Shown here piece by piece: positions 56,789 through 64,000 of a DNA stretch of 64,000 nucleotides. Under the pieces are notes generated by a model that did not search any database, was not told the DNA's origin, and was given only the letters and a program-made list of their open reading frames with translations. A program made the translations under genes and the position numbers. Position 1 is the first letter of the stretch. Every line of letters starts with the position of its first letter. Source of the DNA: a bacterium (GTDB lineage: Bacteria > Chloroflexota > Chloroflexia > Chloroflexales > Kallotenuaceae); contig JADDQF010000064.1 of the NCBI GenBank assembly GCA_016781505.1, positions 3,292-67,291 of the forward strand. Direction: 5' to 3'.

Positions 56789-59734
56789 TCAGTTTGGCGG
56801 CAAAAGCCGGCTGGCGGGGATGATTTCCTTGGCTTGGCTGGGGCTGGACCAGGCCAAGCGGGCGACAGCGCCGCTGCTCTGCTCATAGTATTCGAGCTTG
56901 ATGGTGTACTTCTGGCCAGCAGTGAGGGTGATCTGACCCTGGTTCTCGCGGGCGGCGTGGCTGGTCCAGTCGTTGACCACCTGCTGGCCGTTGACCCACA
57001 GCCGCGCGCCGTCGTCGTTGGTGGTGTAGAAGGTGTAGGTTTCGGTGTAGCGCGGCACGACATAGCCCTGCCAGCGCACCGAGAAGCTGTCCACGCCGAT
57101 GCTCGCGTTGGGCGACCCACTGCCCCAGTTGAAGTTGACGGTCGGGTCGGTCCGCGTCAGCTTGAGGCTGGTAAAGTCCATGTTGTCGTAGTAGCGTCCG
57201 GTCAAGCCGTTAGCCGGGTAAAGCCGGCTGGCGGGGATGATTTCCTTGGCTTGGCTGGGGCTGGACCAGGCCAAGCGGGCGACAGCGCCGCTGCTCTGCT
57301 CATAGTATTCGAGCTTGATGGTGTACTTCTGGCCAGCAGTGAGGGTGATCTGACCCTGGTTCTCGCGGGCGGCGTGGCTGGTCCAGTCGTTGACCACCTG
57401 CTGGCCGTTGACCCACAGCCGCGCGCCGTCGTCGTTGGTGGTGTAGAAGGTGTAGGTTTCGGTGTAGCGCGGCACGACATAGCCCTGCCAGCGCACCGAG
57501 AAGCTGTCCACGCCGATGCTCTCGCTGGGCGACCCACTGCCCCAGTTGAAGTTGACGGTGGGGTCGGTCCGCGTTAGCTTGAGGCTGGTAAAGTCCATGT
57601 TGTCGTAGTAGCGTCCGGTCAAGCCGGTGCCGGTACCAATCGCCGTGTACCTGGCGGTGTAGGTGGCGGCAGACGACGGGGTGATAATCTTGTGCGCGGC
57701 AGCACCTCCATCGGACCAACCAGCAAATACGTAGGTGCGGTCCAAAGTATCGGTCTGGGCAGGGGCGTTGACGTTGAGGGGGTAGCCCTCCCACGACGTC
57801 AGCGTGGTCGGCGCGGTCAGCTTCGTTCCATTCACCTCAAGCTTCAAGCCTGTTGGGTTTGTTGCAAACGCAACGTCAACCTGCTTCGGCAGCAAGTCTT
57901 GCTTGACGACACTCGATAAGCCCTTCGAGTCCGTGGCTGTAAGCTGAATCTCAAGATAGCTGTTCTTGGTTGCCGCTAGATCTTCCGGTCCCGGTGCCGT
58001 GAATGTAACGTTGTTGCCGATTGTTGGCCCGAGAAAGGGATGGGTGTGGGTATCATGATGCAGCAGCACCGTCCAGCTCAGGCTCGAGTCCGGCAGGGTG
58101 CCATCCTGGGCGTCGCTCGCGCTGCCTTGCAACGTGATTGTTTGACCGGCACGGAAGCGCGTGCTTGCCGTTGGAGCGGTAATCGTCGGCGTCGGGGGCG
58201 TGTTGCCTACATTAATGCGGACGGTCGCCGCAGCAGTCGTACCTTGGTCGTCGCGCACCCGCAGCGTTGCGGTGAAAGTGCCCCCACTTGCATAGGTATG
58301 CGTGGTCTTGGCGCTGGCGACCCTGGCCGAACCGTCTCCAAAATCCCACTCATAGGTCAGCGGATCACCATCGGGATCGCTGCTGCCGCTGCCATCGAAC
58401 GAGACGGTCAATGGAGCGGGACCAGTGGTTGGATTGGCGGCGGCAACCGCAACGGGTGCACGATTATCCGTCCCGGTGTAGGCAATGCGCCGCACCTCTC
58501 CGCCGTTCGCATAGGTAGTGTAATAGAGCGCTTTGGTGGTGGTGTGGGGCCCAAAGATCATCGTGACGGCGCTGCTCGATCCCAGGCCGGTCACGAACTC
58601 AGCCGCCGTGTAGCCGCCGCCGGCTTTGGCCGCGAGCTTAAAGATTTTGCCGCAGACGTAGTCGCCGTACAGGTAGGTGTTGTCGTAATCCGCAGGCCAG
58701 ACTCCGTTCGGCACGAATGCGCCACCCGTAATCGACTCACACCCCGCGTTGTGACCATAGGTGTAGCTTGGGTTAGTCATGCCCGCGGGTGGCGTACCAC
58801 AATTGCTCGTCGAGCCGTTAACACACAAGCCTTCCCGTACGTTCCAGCCATAGTCCGCGCCCGCCTGTCCGAGATTGATCTCCTCCCACAAATTTTGCCC
58901 GACATCGTTGACGAAAAAGCGGGTGCCGGCACTGTTGGGATCGAACGCCATGCGGAAAGGATTGCGCAGGCCCCAGGCAAACGTTTCTTGGCACTTCTTG
59001 CCCGTGTCAGTGCGGCCAGTCGTATTGCAGCGAGCGCTATCTGTGCCTTGAAACGGATTGGTTGAAGGAATCGCGCCGTCTTTGGTGATGCGCAGAATCT
59101 TGCCCAGAAGGATATGCTGATCGCGGGCCGCGTCGTTGTTGCCCGCGCACTGCGTTTTATCCAGGTAATCGCAGCCGCCATCGCCAATGCTGATGTAAAG
59201 CAAGCCATCTTTGCCGAAGTGGAGGTCGCCGGCGTTATGGATGCCACTGGGCGATGGAATGTTATCCACCAGCACCCGTTCGGTTGCGGGATCCACACTA
59301 TTGTTGTCGGACAGGGTGAAGCGCGAAACACGGTTGACGGGGCTCTTGGTTGTGTTGTACTCACACACCCCGAATTTGTTGAAGGTGTAGTACAAATAAA
59401 TGTACCGCGTAGTGGCGAACGCCGGATCAACCGCGACGCCGAGAATGCCACGCTCCCGACCGTTGCAAAGCTTGCCGGTAAGATCGAGCGCGGCCGGTGT
59501 GAGCAGAACTCCCTGCTTATGCACATGGAGCACGCCGGTTTGCGATGAAATCAGCAGACGGCCATCCGGAGTGAAGGCAAGCGCGGTCGGATAAGGAACT
59601 GTCGCTACGAGCGTGTCGGCGAAGTCAGGGGGTAACGTCGCTGCTCCAAGGGCCGGCGTGCTGCGCCACAAGATGGAAAACAACACGCTCAGGATAACCA
59701 AAGCGAACGTGGGCAGTAGTACGCGCCGTCGCAT
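56789..59734 (-). CDS. Secreted PQQ-dependent sugar (glucose/sorbosone) dehydrogenase-like beta-propeller, PKD domain, Ig-like region, two tandem PA14 domains
   Basis: SD AGGAGGAAG with a signal peptide. GSDH-like TALAFTPDGRLLIS...GILGVAVDP...HNAGDLHFGKDGLLYISIGDGG...WGLRNPFRMAFDP. PKD motif PLTVSFDGSGSSDPDGDPLTYEWDFGDG. Two PA14 modules (GLTGRYYDNMDF...ARLAWSSP). Confidence 0.85.
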   Translation of the reverse strand: MRRRVLLPTFALVILSVLFSILWRSTPALGAATLPPDFADTLVATVPYPTALAFTPDGRLLISSQTGVLHVHKQGVLLTPAALDLTGKLCNGRERGILGVAVDPAFATTRYIYLYYTFNKFGVCEYNTTKSPVNRVSRFTLSDNNSVDPATERVLVDNIPSPSGIHNAGDLHFGKDGLLYISIGDGGCDYLDKTQCAGNNDAARDQHILLGKILRITKDGAIPSTNPFQGTDSARCNTTGRTDTGKKCQETFAWGLRNPFRMAFDPNSAGTRFFVNDVGQNLWEEINLGQAGADYGWNVREGLCVNGSTSNCGTPPAGMTNPSYTYGHNAGCESITGGAFVPNGVWPADYDNTYLYGDYVCGKIFKLAAKAGGGYTAAEFVTGLGSSSAVTMIFGPHTTTKALYYTTYANGGEVRRIAYTGTDNRAPVAVAAANPTTGPAPLTVSFDGSGSSDPDGDPLTYEWDFGDGSARVASAKTTHTYASGGTFTATLRVRDDQGTTAAATVRINVGNTPPTPTITAPTASTRFRAGQTITLQGSASDAQDGTLPDSSLSWTVLLHHDTHTHPFLGPTIGNNVTFTAPGPEDLAATKNSYLEIQLTATDSKGLSSVVKQDLLPKQVDVAFATNPTGLKLEVNGTKLTAPTTLTSWEGYPLNVNAPAQTDTLDRTYVFAGWSDGGAAAHKIITPSSAATYTARYTAIGTGTGLTGRYYDNMDFTSLKLTRTDPTVNFNWGSGSPSESIGVDSFSVRWQGYVVPRYTETYTFYTTNDDGARLWVNGQQVVNDWTSHAARENQGQITLTAGQKYTIKLEYYEQSSGAVARLAWSSPSQAKEIIPASRLYPANGLTGRYYDNMDFTSLKLTRTDPTVNFNWGSGSPNASIGVDSFSVRWQGYVVPRYTETYTFYTTNDDGARLWVNGQQVVNDWTSHAARENQGQITLTAGQKYTIKLEYYEQSSGAVARLAWSSPSQAKEIIPASRLLPPN
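56803..57626. repeat. Direct tandem duplication, period 417 bp, two near-identical copies (56803-57209 and 57220-57626)
   Basis: Aligned by eye. I count four nucleotide differences. Two are synonymous; two change SPSESIG to SPNASIG. Each copy encodes one 139-aa PA14 module. Confidence 0.95.
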
Positions 59735-60203
59735 CCGTGCTTCCTCCTAAACCAGAGTTTGTTTTGGTTAGGCCGAACGTGGCAGGAATATGATTTGAGG
59801 TAAAAAGGTGTGATGCATGATACTGCTTCGGCGAGGCGGAAGCAAGCTCCTTGGTAAACTGGTTGCAGTACCTGTACGTGAGCGGGTTTTTTGTGTCGCG
59901 GCTGCGGTGCAAAGCGCTCGCTTCCCGCAGCGTACCCTTGGCTTCATGACGGGAAGCGTCAGAGCTGGGTCGTGGTTGGTTTCAGCGTGTCTAGCGTGAT
60001 CAGGGCGGCGACGTACCTGTCCCTCATCAGTGCTTGGGCCTCGGGACACATTTTGTGCCAGCTTCGCTCCAGCTTAGCCCGGGCCCAAGCCGTACCTCGT
60101 CGATGGAGCCAGGGGAGGGTATCGCTGTGCAATCAGGTAGGGCCCTGCATTATGGCATGAGGAGTGCTGTAATGCTGCTCAATGCGGCGGAAGGAGGCCT
60201 GCG

Positions 60204-60884
60204 ATGTCAACAATTGTCGGTTGGTTTGCAAGTGTGAGTCAAGCGCGACAGGCAATGCTGGATCTGCTCACCAGCGGCATCCCGCGGCAGAATATCAGTG
60301 TTGTTATTGGCACTGCCAACAGTGAGCGGACGCAATCAGCTGGTGTTGAGCCGCAGACTGGTACCGCAGAGGATAATGACGCAGAGGAGCGCATTCGGCC
60401 TAGCGACTTCGTCCACTCGCTCGCCGACGCTACCACGCTGACGCTCCCCGACATTGGCCCCGTGGTTGCCGGCGGCCACCTCGTCACCGCGCTCACCGAA
60501 CATAACAGTGGGACGGCCAATGGCGGCCTTGGTAGCGCCCTGATGCACATTGGTGTACCCGAGGATCAAGCTCGAACGTATGTGGCTGAGCTACGTCGTG
60601 GCGGCGGGCTGGTTGCCGTTCGCTCTGACGACGCTTGGGAATCGATTGTGCATGGCGTATTCCGCCATAGCGCCAACCCGTGGTTGCGCGAACAGGAGGA
60701 GCGGGGCGGTCCCACCCCAGCGCGCGAGTTGGAGTCCGAGGGCGACGCTGGGCCGATCAGTACGTCGATTGGCGCGTTGACGAGTGGGCTGGTGCCTGGC
60801 AGCTGGGGTGCAACTGATGCTGTCTTCGAAGACCAGGCCCGCCATACCGTTGATGACCAGCACGGGCGCGAACCGAGCTTGTAG
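60204..60884 (+). CDS. General stress protein 17M (YflT)-like domain protein
   Basis: SD GAAGGAGG. IVGWFASVSQARQAMLDLLTSGIPRQNISVV and HIGVPEDQARTYVAELRRGGGLVAV resemble duplicated YflT-type modules. Confidence 0.55.
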   Translation: MSTIVGWFASVSQARQAMLDLLTSGIPRQNISVVIGTANSERTQSAGVEPQTGTAEDNDAEERIRPSDFVHSLADATTLTLPDIGPVVAGGHLVTALTEHNSGTANGGLGSALMHIGVPEDQARTYVAELRRGGGLVAVRSDDAWESIVHGVFRHSANPWLREQEERGGPTPARELESEGDAGPISTSIGALTSGLVPGSWGATDAVFEDQARHTVDDQHGREPSL

Positions 60885-61108
60885 CCGCTGCGAAACGGGT
60901 ATGCCGGATCGGCGCAAGCGCCTTCACGGGGAACGGGACTCCTGCAGCGAGGCAAGTTCGCTGTGCTCCTTCATCTTGGTTTTGGCCAGACTCTACCAGC
61001 AGCCTGCGGAGGCTGATCAATCGATGTCGCGAAGGTCCGGTCGTCGTACGTGTGGCATGAGGATTCCGCAGTGCCTTGGGCGCCACCATTCCGACGGTCG
61101 CTTGGCAT

Positions 61109-61420
61109 CTACCACCCGGAATACCAGAAGCCTACGCAGCTAAATGGAAGGGCAGCCATCACCCCAAGGATGCCTGCCATCACGAGTTGTCCGCTTTTTC
61201 CTCCTTCTTGAGGCAAGCGCCCACCGATTAGACCGCCGATCAAGGCTGCCGGAGTTACAAGCAGCAGCACAGCCCCAAGGATAAGTAACTGAGCGCCCAG
61301 GCCTAAAGCGGGAGGATTGCCCATTAAGGCCGGAAAGATGACGAACCCAATTCCCAACGTGGCGCAAAGACCGGCCAGCCAGCCAACCAGGGCAAACTGC
61401 AAGGACGAGCGAATGGTCAT
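61109..61420 (-). CDS. Hypothetical small three-TM membrane protein
   Basis: Start at ATG 61420 (AAAGGAAC 8 nt upstream). Gly/Leu/Ala-rich helices. Confidence 0.45.
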   Translation of the reverse strand: MTIRSSLQFALVGWLAGLCATLGIGFVIFPALMGNPPALGLGAQLLILGAVLLLVTPAALIGGLIGGRLPQEGGKSGQLVMAGILGVMAALPFSCVGFWYSGW

Positions 61421-61666
61421 ACGCAACTGTTCCTTTGGGGTAATATTCCTGCTCCCATAATCGCGATGAACGGGAAACGGCCATGTCGCAAGGACGTTTC
61501 TGAGCGCCTGGGGATGCTCCGCCTACGCCGGGAAGATCTCTTCGCTCGCTGAGCATAACACGTAGCACCTGGGACAACGCGGTAGGTGTACAGCCCCTCG
61601 TCACAACCAGCGGCTCGTTCAAAGCGCGCCCAGGCATACGCCGGCCTTGCGCCACATGCCGTTCAG

Positions 61667-62845
61667 TTACCAGTTCGTCACCGAGCCATCGCGGCGGCGC
61701 CAATGTGGCGCTTCCCAAAATTGCCAAGTATGTGACTGAGCGAGCTGTTCATCAAACTCCACGCCCAGCCCGGGCGTGTCGGGCACAACAAAAACATTGT
61801 TCAGCAAACGCGGCTGCACCGGAAAAAGCAGGTCCGCATCATTGAGCCCGGATTGGCCGTAGTACAGATTCTCACTCTGCGTCACCCGCACTTCCTGCCA
61901 AGCAAAGTTTGGAACGGCGGCGGCAAATTGAATGGTGGCGGCCGTACAGATTGGCCCGAGCGGATTGTGCGGCATCAGATCGATGTAGTGCGCCTCTGCC
62001 CAGCCGGCTACTTTCATTGCCTCTGTAAAACCTCCCACATTGCAGATGTCCAGGCGCGCAAAGTCGGTTAAGTGGCGCTCGATGTACGGCAGGAACTGCC
62101 ATTTACTGCAGAACTCTTCGCCCACGGCGAAAGGAACCTGCGTGAGCCGTCGCAGAGCGGCATAAGCTTCGGGCGTTTCGTCGCGAATCGGCTCTTCCAG
62201 AAAGTCGAGCGTACCCGTGGGTAGCCGCTGGCAGAACGAGGCGGTTTCGGCGATGGATAAGCGATGGTGATAGTCAATCCCAAGGGTCAGTTCGCCACCG
62301 AGCGCCTCACGTACTTTGACCAGCCACTTTGCTGTGTACCCAATGCTTTCGCGCGGCTCCCATATGTCGGGCGTGTCCAATGGAGCGGGCGACAACGGCA
62401 TGGCTCGAATCACGCGCCAGCCATGCGACCACAAGAGCTGGACGCTTTCCAGCAGGTGCTCCCCGGTGCTGCCCCCGGCCGTGGCAAAGCACGGAATCGT
62501 GTCGCGGTGCTTCCCACCCAGCAATTGGTACACCGGTACTCCAAGTGTCTTGCCGACGATATCGTGCAATGCGATGTCGATGGCGCTCTGCGCTGCCAGA
62601 AGGACCCGTCCCCCCTCGAAGTACTGGCTGCGATACAGCTCTTGCCAGATGCGGCCGCGTTGCCGTGGATCTTTGCCGATCAGGAACTCGCGAAAATGCT
62701 TAAGCGCCCCCATCACCGCAAGCTCACGTCCACTTAGCCCGGACTCACCCAACCCGTAGACACCTTCATCCGTCTCCACCTTAACGACCAACTGGTTGCG
62801 ATTGCCGACCCACATCGGGTAGGACTTGATGTCGCTGATCTGCAT
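61667..62845 (-). CDS. Enolase-superfamily dehydratase (mandelate racemase/muconate lactonising family; D-galactonate/D-mannonate dehydratase-like)
   Basis: Trimmed to MQISDIKSYPMWVGNRNQLVVKVETDEGVYGLGES. AIDIALHDIVGKTLGVPVYQLLGG, metal-ligand regions LGIDYHHR...LDFLEEP...FAVGEE, and HNPLGP. Confidence 0.85.
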   Translation of the reverse strand: MQISDIKSYPMWVGNRNQLVVKVETDEGVYGLGESGLSGRELAVMGALKHFREFLIGKDPRQRGRIWQELYRSQYFEGGRVLLAAQSAIDIALHDIVGKTLGVPVYQLLGGKHRDTIPCFATAGGSTGEHLLESVQLLWSHGWRVIRAMPLSPAPLDTPDIWEPRESIGYTAKWLVKVREALGGELTLGIDYHHRLSIAETASFCQRLPTGTLDFLEEPIRDETPEAYAALRRLTQVPFAVGEEFCSKWQFLPYIERHLTDFARLDICNVGGFTEAMKVAGWAEAHYIDLMPHNPLGPICTAATIQFAAAVPNFAWQEVRVTQSENLYYGQSGLNDADLLFPVQPRLLNNVFVVPDTPGLGVEFDEQLAQSHTWQFWEAPHWRRRDGSVTNW

Positions 62846-63073
62846 ATTCCTCATCCTGATGCTGCTCGCCGAGGATATGATCGGCTTTGCCACAATGAAA
62901 GAAAGCGCTATGCTTCGAGGACTTGCTGCCGCCAACGCCGGCCGATGCGCGGCGCTGTGCAAGATCGAATGGTCTACGAACGTTGTGGGCGGAACTACGG
63001 AAGATATTAGGGCTGGCCACTGGCATCACCGCTCACTCAAGGCCGGCCGCCTCGCTGCGGGCGTAGAACCCTG

Positions 63074-63826
63074 TCAATGTCCGTCATGAAGGGACTTTGC
63101 ATCGGCCATCAGCACGCCGCTGAGCGCATCGTTCATGTGCGCCAGCATTAACAGTCGCGCCTGAGCCGCGTTCCGATCCCGCAGTGCTTCGGCAATCAGC
63201 AGGTGATAACGCACAGCCCGTGCGGTCATACCCGGTTCATGCGACGTAACCCTGCGGCTCACCAAGAACAAATCCTGTAAACTTTCCATGATCTGATACA
63301 GAACGGGGTTCCTGGCAATCTGCGTAATGCGGCGATGAAACTGCAGGTCCGGCTCGACAAAGTCCGAGCCTTGCCTGGCCTCTTCCTCCATGGTTTTCGC
63401 CAGCTGTTCAATTTCGGCCAGCTCCTCGTCCGTACCACGCTCAGCCGCGAGCGCGGCCAGCTCGGGCTCCAAAATGCGGCGGGCCTCAGCCAAGGCAACG
63501 ATCTCCTCCTGCGAAATCCGGTGAAAGTGGGCGTTAAGCTCGGCGGACGCGCGGGAACCTGTGACGAAGACGCCACGACCGTGTTCGATCTTTACCAGTC
63601 CAATCGACTGGAGCGAGCGTAGCGCCTCACGTACTGAGGCAGTACTAACTCCCATCTCGGCTGCAAGTTTTGTTATGCTGGGCAAGCGGGTACCCGGCAG
63701 CCATTCGCCCCGGCGGATACGATGCTTGATCTCTTCGGACACGACGTCAAAGACGTGCGTGCCAAGCTCAGCGTCTTGAACGTGCTGCGAACCGGGTGTT
63801 GTTAGCAGCTCTTGCTTGTAGTTCAT
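63074..63826 (-). CDS. GntR-family transcriptional regulator with FCD (FadR C-terminal) ligand domain
   Basis: wHTH LPSITKLAAEMGVSTASVREALRSLQSIGLVKIEHGRGVFV. All-helical C-terminal FCD-like domain. Lies directly upstream of the dehydratase on the same strand. Confidence 0.9.
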   Translation of the reverse strand: MNYKQELLTTPGSQHVQDAELGTHVFDVVSEEIKHRIRRGEWLPGTRLPSITKLAAEMGVSTASVREALRSLQSIGLVKIEHGRGVFVTGSRASAELNAHFHRISQEEIVALAEARRILEPELAALAAERGTDEELAEIEQLAKTMEEEARQGSDFVEPDLQFHRRITQIARNPVLYQIMESLQDLFLVSRRVTSHEPGMTARAVRYHLLIAEALRDRNAAQARLLMLAHMNDALSGVLMADAKSLHDGH

Positions 63827-63884
63827 ACAATTTCAACCAGTCGTGTAGGCTGCTATTGCACATGACGCATCCACAACCTCTGCG

Positions 63885-64000
63885 CTATTCGAATGTAAGT
63901 TCCCAGATTGCCGTGCCATCACCATACTCCAATACGTACAGCCGGTTTTCGATCATCACCGCATCGATTGGATTTTTGAACTGGCGCGTCATCACCGTTG
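63885..64000 (-). CDS. 3' end of a gene running off the window (C-terminal fragment only)
   Basis: Reverse-complement frame reads ...TVMTRQFKNPIDAVMIENRLYVLEYGDGTAIWELTFE-stop. It resembles the last blade of a beta-propeller, but the fragment is too short to assign. Confidence 0.35.
   Translation of the reverse strand, partial: TVMTRQFKNPIDAVMIENRLYVLEYGDGTAIWELTFE

Noticed and set aside
60047-60062. Minus-strand TGGCACAAAATGTGT upstream of the dehydrogenase-PKD-PA14 gene, considered as a sigma-54 promoter.
   Set aside because: The -12 element reads GT instead of the conserved GC, and the site is more than 300 nt from the start codon.
59735-60203. 470-bp gap between the dehydrogenase-PKD-PA14 gene and the YflT-like gene, examined for a small gene or RNA.
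   Set aside because: Only short hairpins are present, for example GCTGCGG...CCGCAGC. The track ORFs there are SD-less with junk composition. Nothing can be supported without expression data.
1-64000. Search by eye for tRNA, rRNA, transposase, integrase, phage or known defence-system genes.
   Set aside because: None recognised. Every intergenic region longer than 150 bp was read. None shows cloverleaf-like structure or terminal inverted repeats. The only compositional anomaly is the tadE-tadG region, which has no mobility genes.

Overview
High-G+C, densely coding bacterial chromosomal window (G+C judged by eye, not computed). It holds about 55 protein genes. I recognised no rRNA, tRNA, CRISPR array, transposase or integrase. 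Several signatures suggest a filamentous Chloroflexota-like monoderm, but that is inference only: a Tad locus without a secretin, Pro/Thr-rich linkers, PA14/PKD-decorated secreted enzymes, and a GAAC-N4-GTTC LexA-type box.

Left to right:
- mutS2 (partial, runs off the edge, not in the ORF track) and a CvpA-like gene.
- DUF2203, a small membrane protein, a WYL regulator and an Amidase_3 gene.
- A histidine kinase / OmpR-type regulator pair, then lon.
- An SH3 membrane protein divergent from a PspC / LiaF-like pair.
- An RlmD-like methyltransferase and a DUF697-like protein.
- murA carrying Asp in place of the fosfomycin-target Cys.
- An orphan sigma-54 enhancer-binding response regulator, then DUF58, DUF4129 and DUF3048 genes.
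- A three-gene envelope operon (membrane protein, glucosaminidase-like, M23 peptidase).
- An SLT-Amidase_2-PA14 hydrolase and a membrane-anchored beta-helix protein.
- glpX, rho, an orphan ParB-like gene and fabI.
- A Tad/Flp-type pilus locus: tadE-like x2, tadG-like, a roughly 940-bp ORF-poor spacer, then cpaB, tadZ, tadA, tadB, tadC and a VWA gene.
- Two ABC exporter genes, an MBL hydrolase, an App1-like phosphatase, a P450 and a DUF1330 gene.
- A sugar-dehydrogenase-PKD protein with two PA14 modules, a YflT-like stress protein, an enolase-superfamily dehydratase and a GntR regulator.

Most noteworthy:
1. The envelope operon is driven by a perfect TTGACA-N18-TATAAT promoter. A GAAC-N4-GTTC (LexA/Cheo-type) box sits inside its spacer, suggesting an SOS-controlled cell-wall or division module.
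2. The Tad locus has atypical architecture. It lacks a recognisable Flp pilin, prepilin peptidase and secretin. It is split by a low-GC ORF-poor spacer and ends with a co-transcribed TPR-TM-VWA gene.
3. MurA has the Cys-to-Asp active-site variant.
4. A near-identical 417-bp-period tandem duplication encodes two PA14 modules.

Many long ORFs in the supplied track are antisense artefacts of high G+C. Many listed starts are over-extended; I trimmed them to starts with Shine-Dalgarno support.
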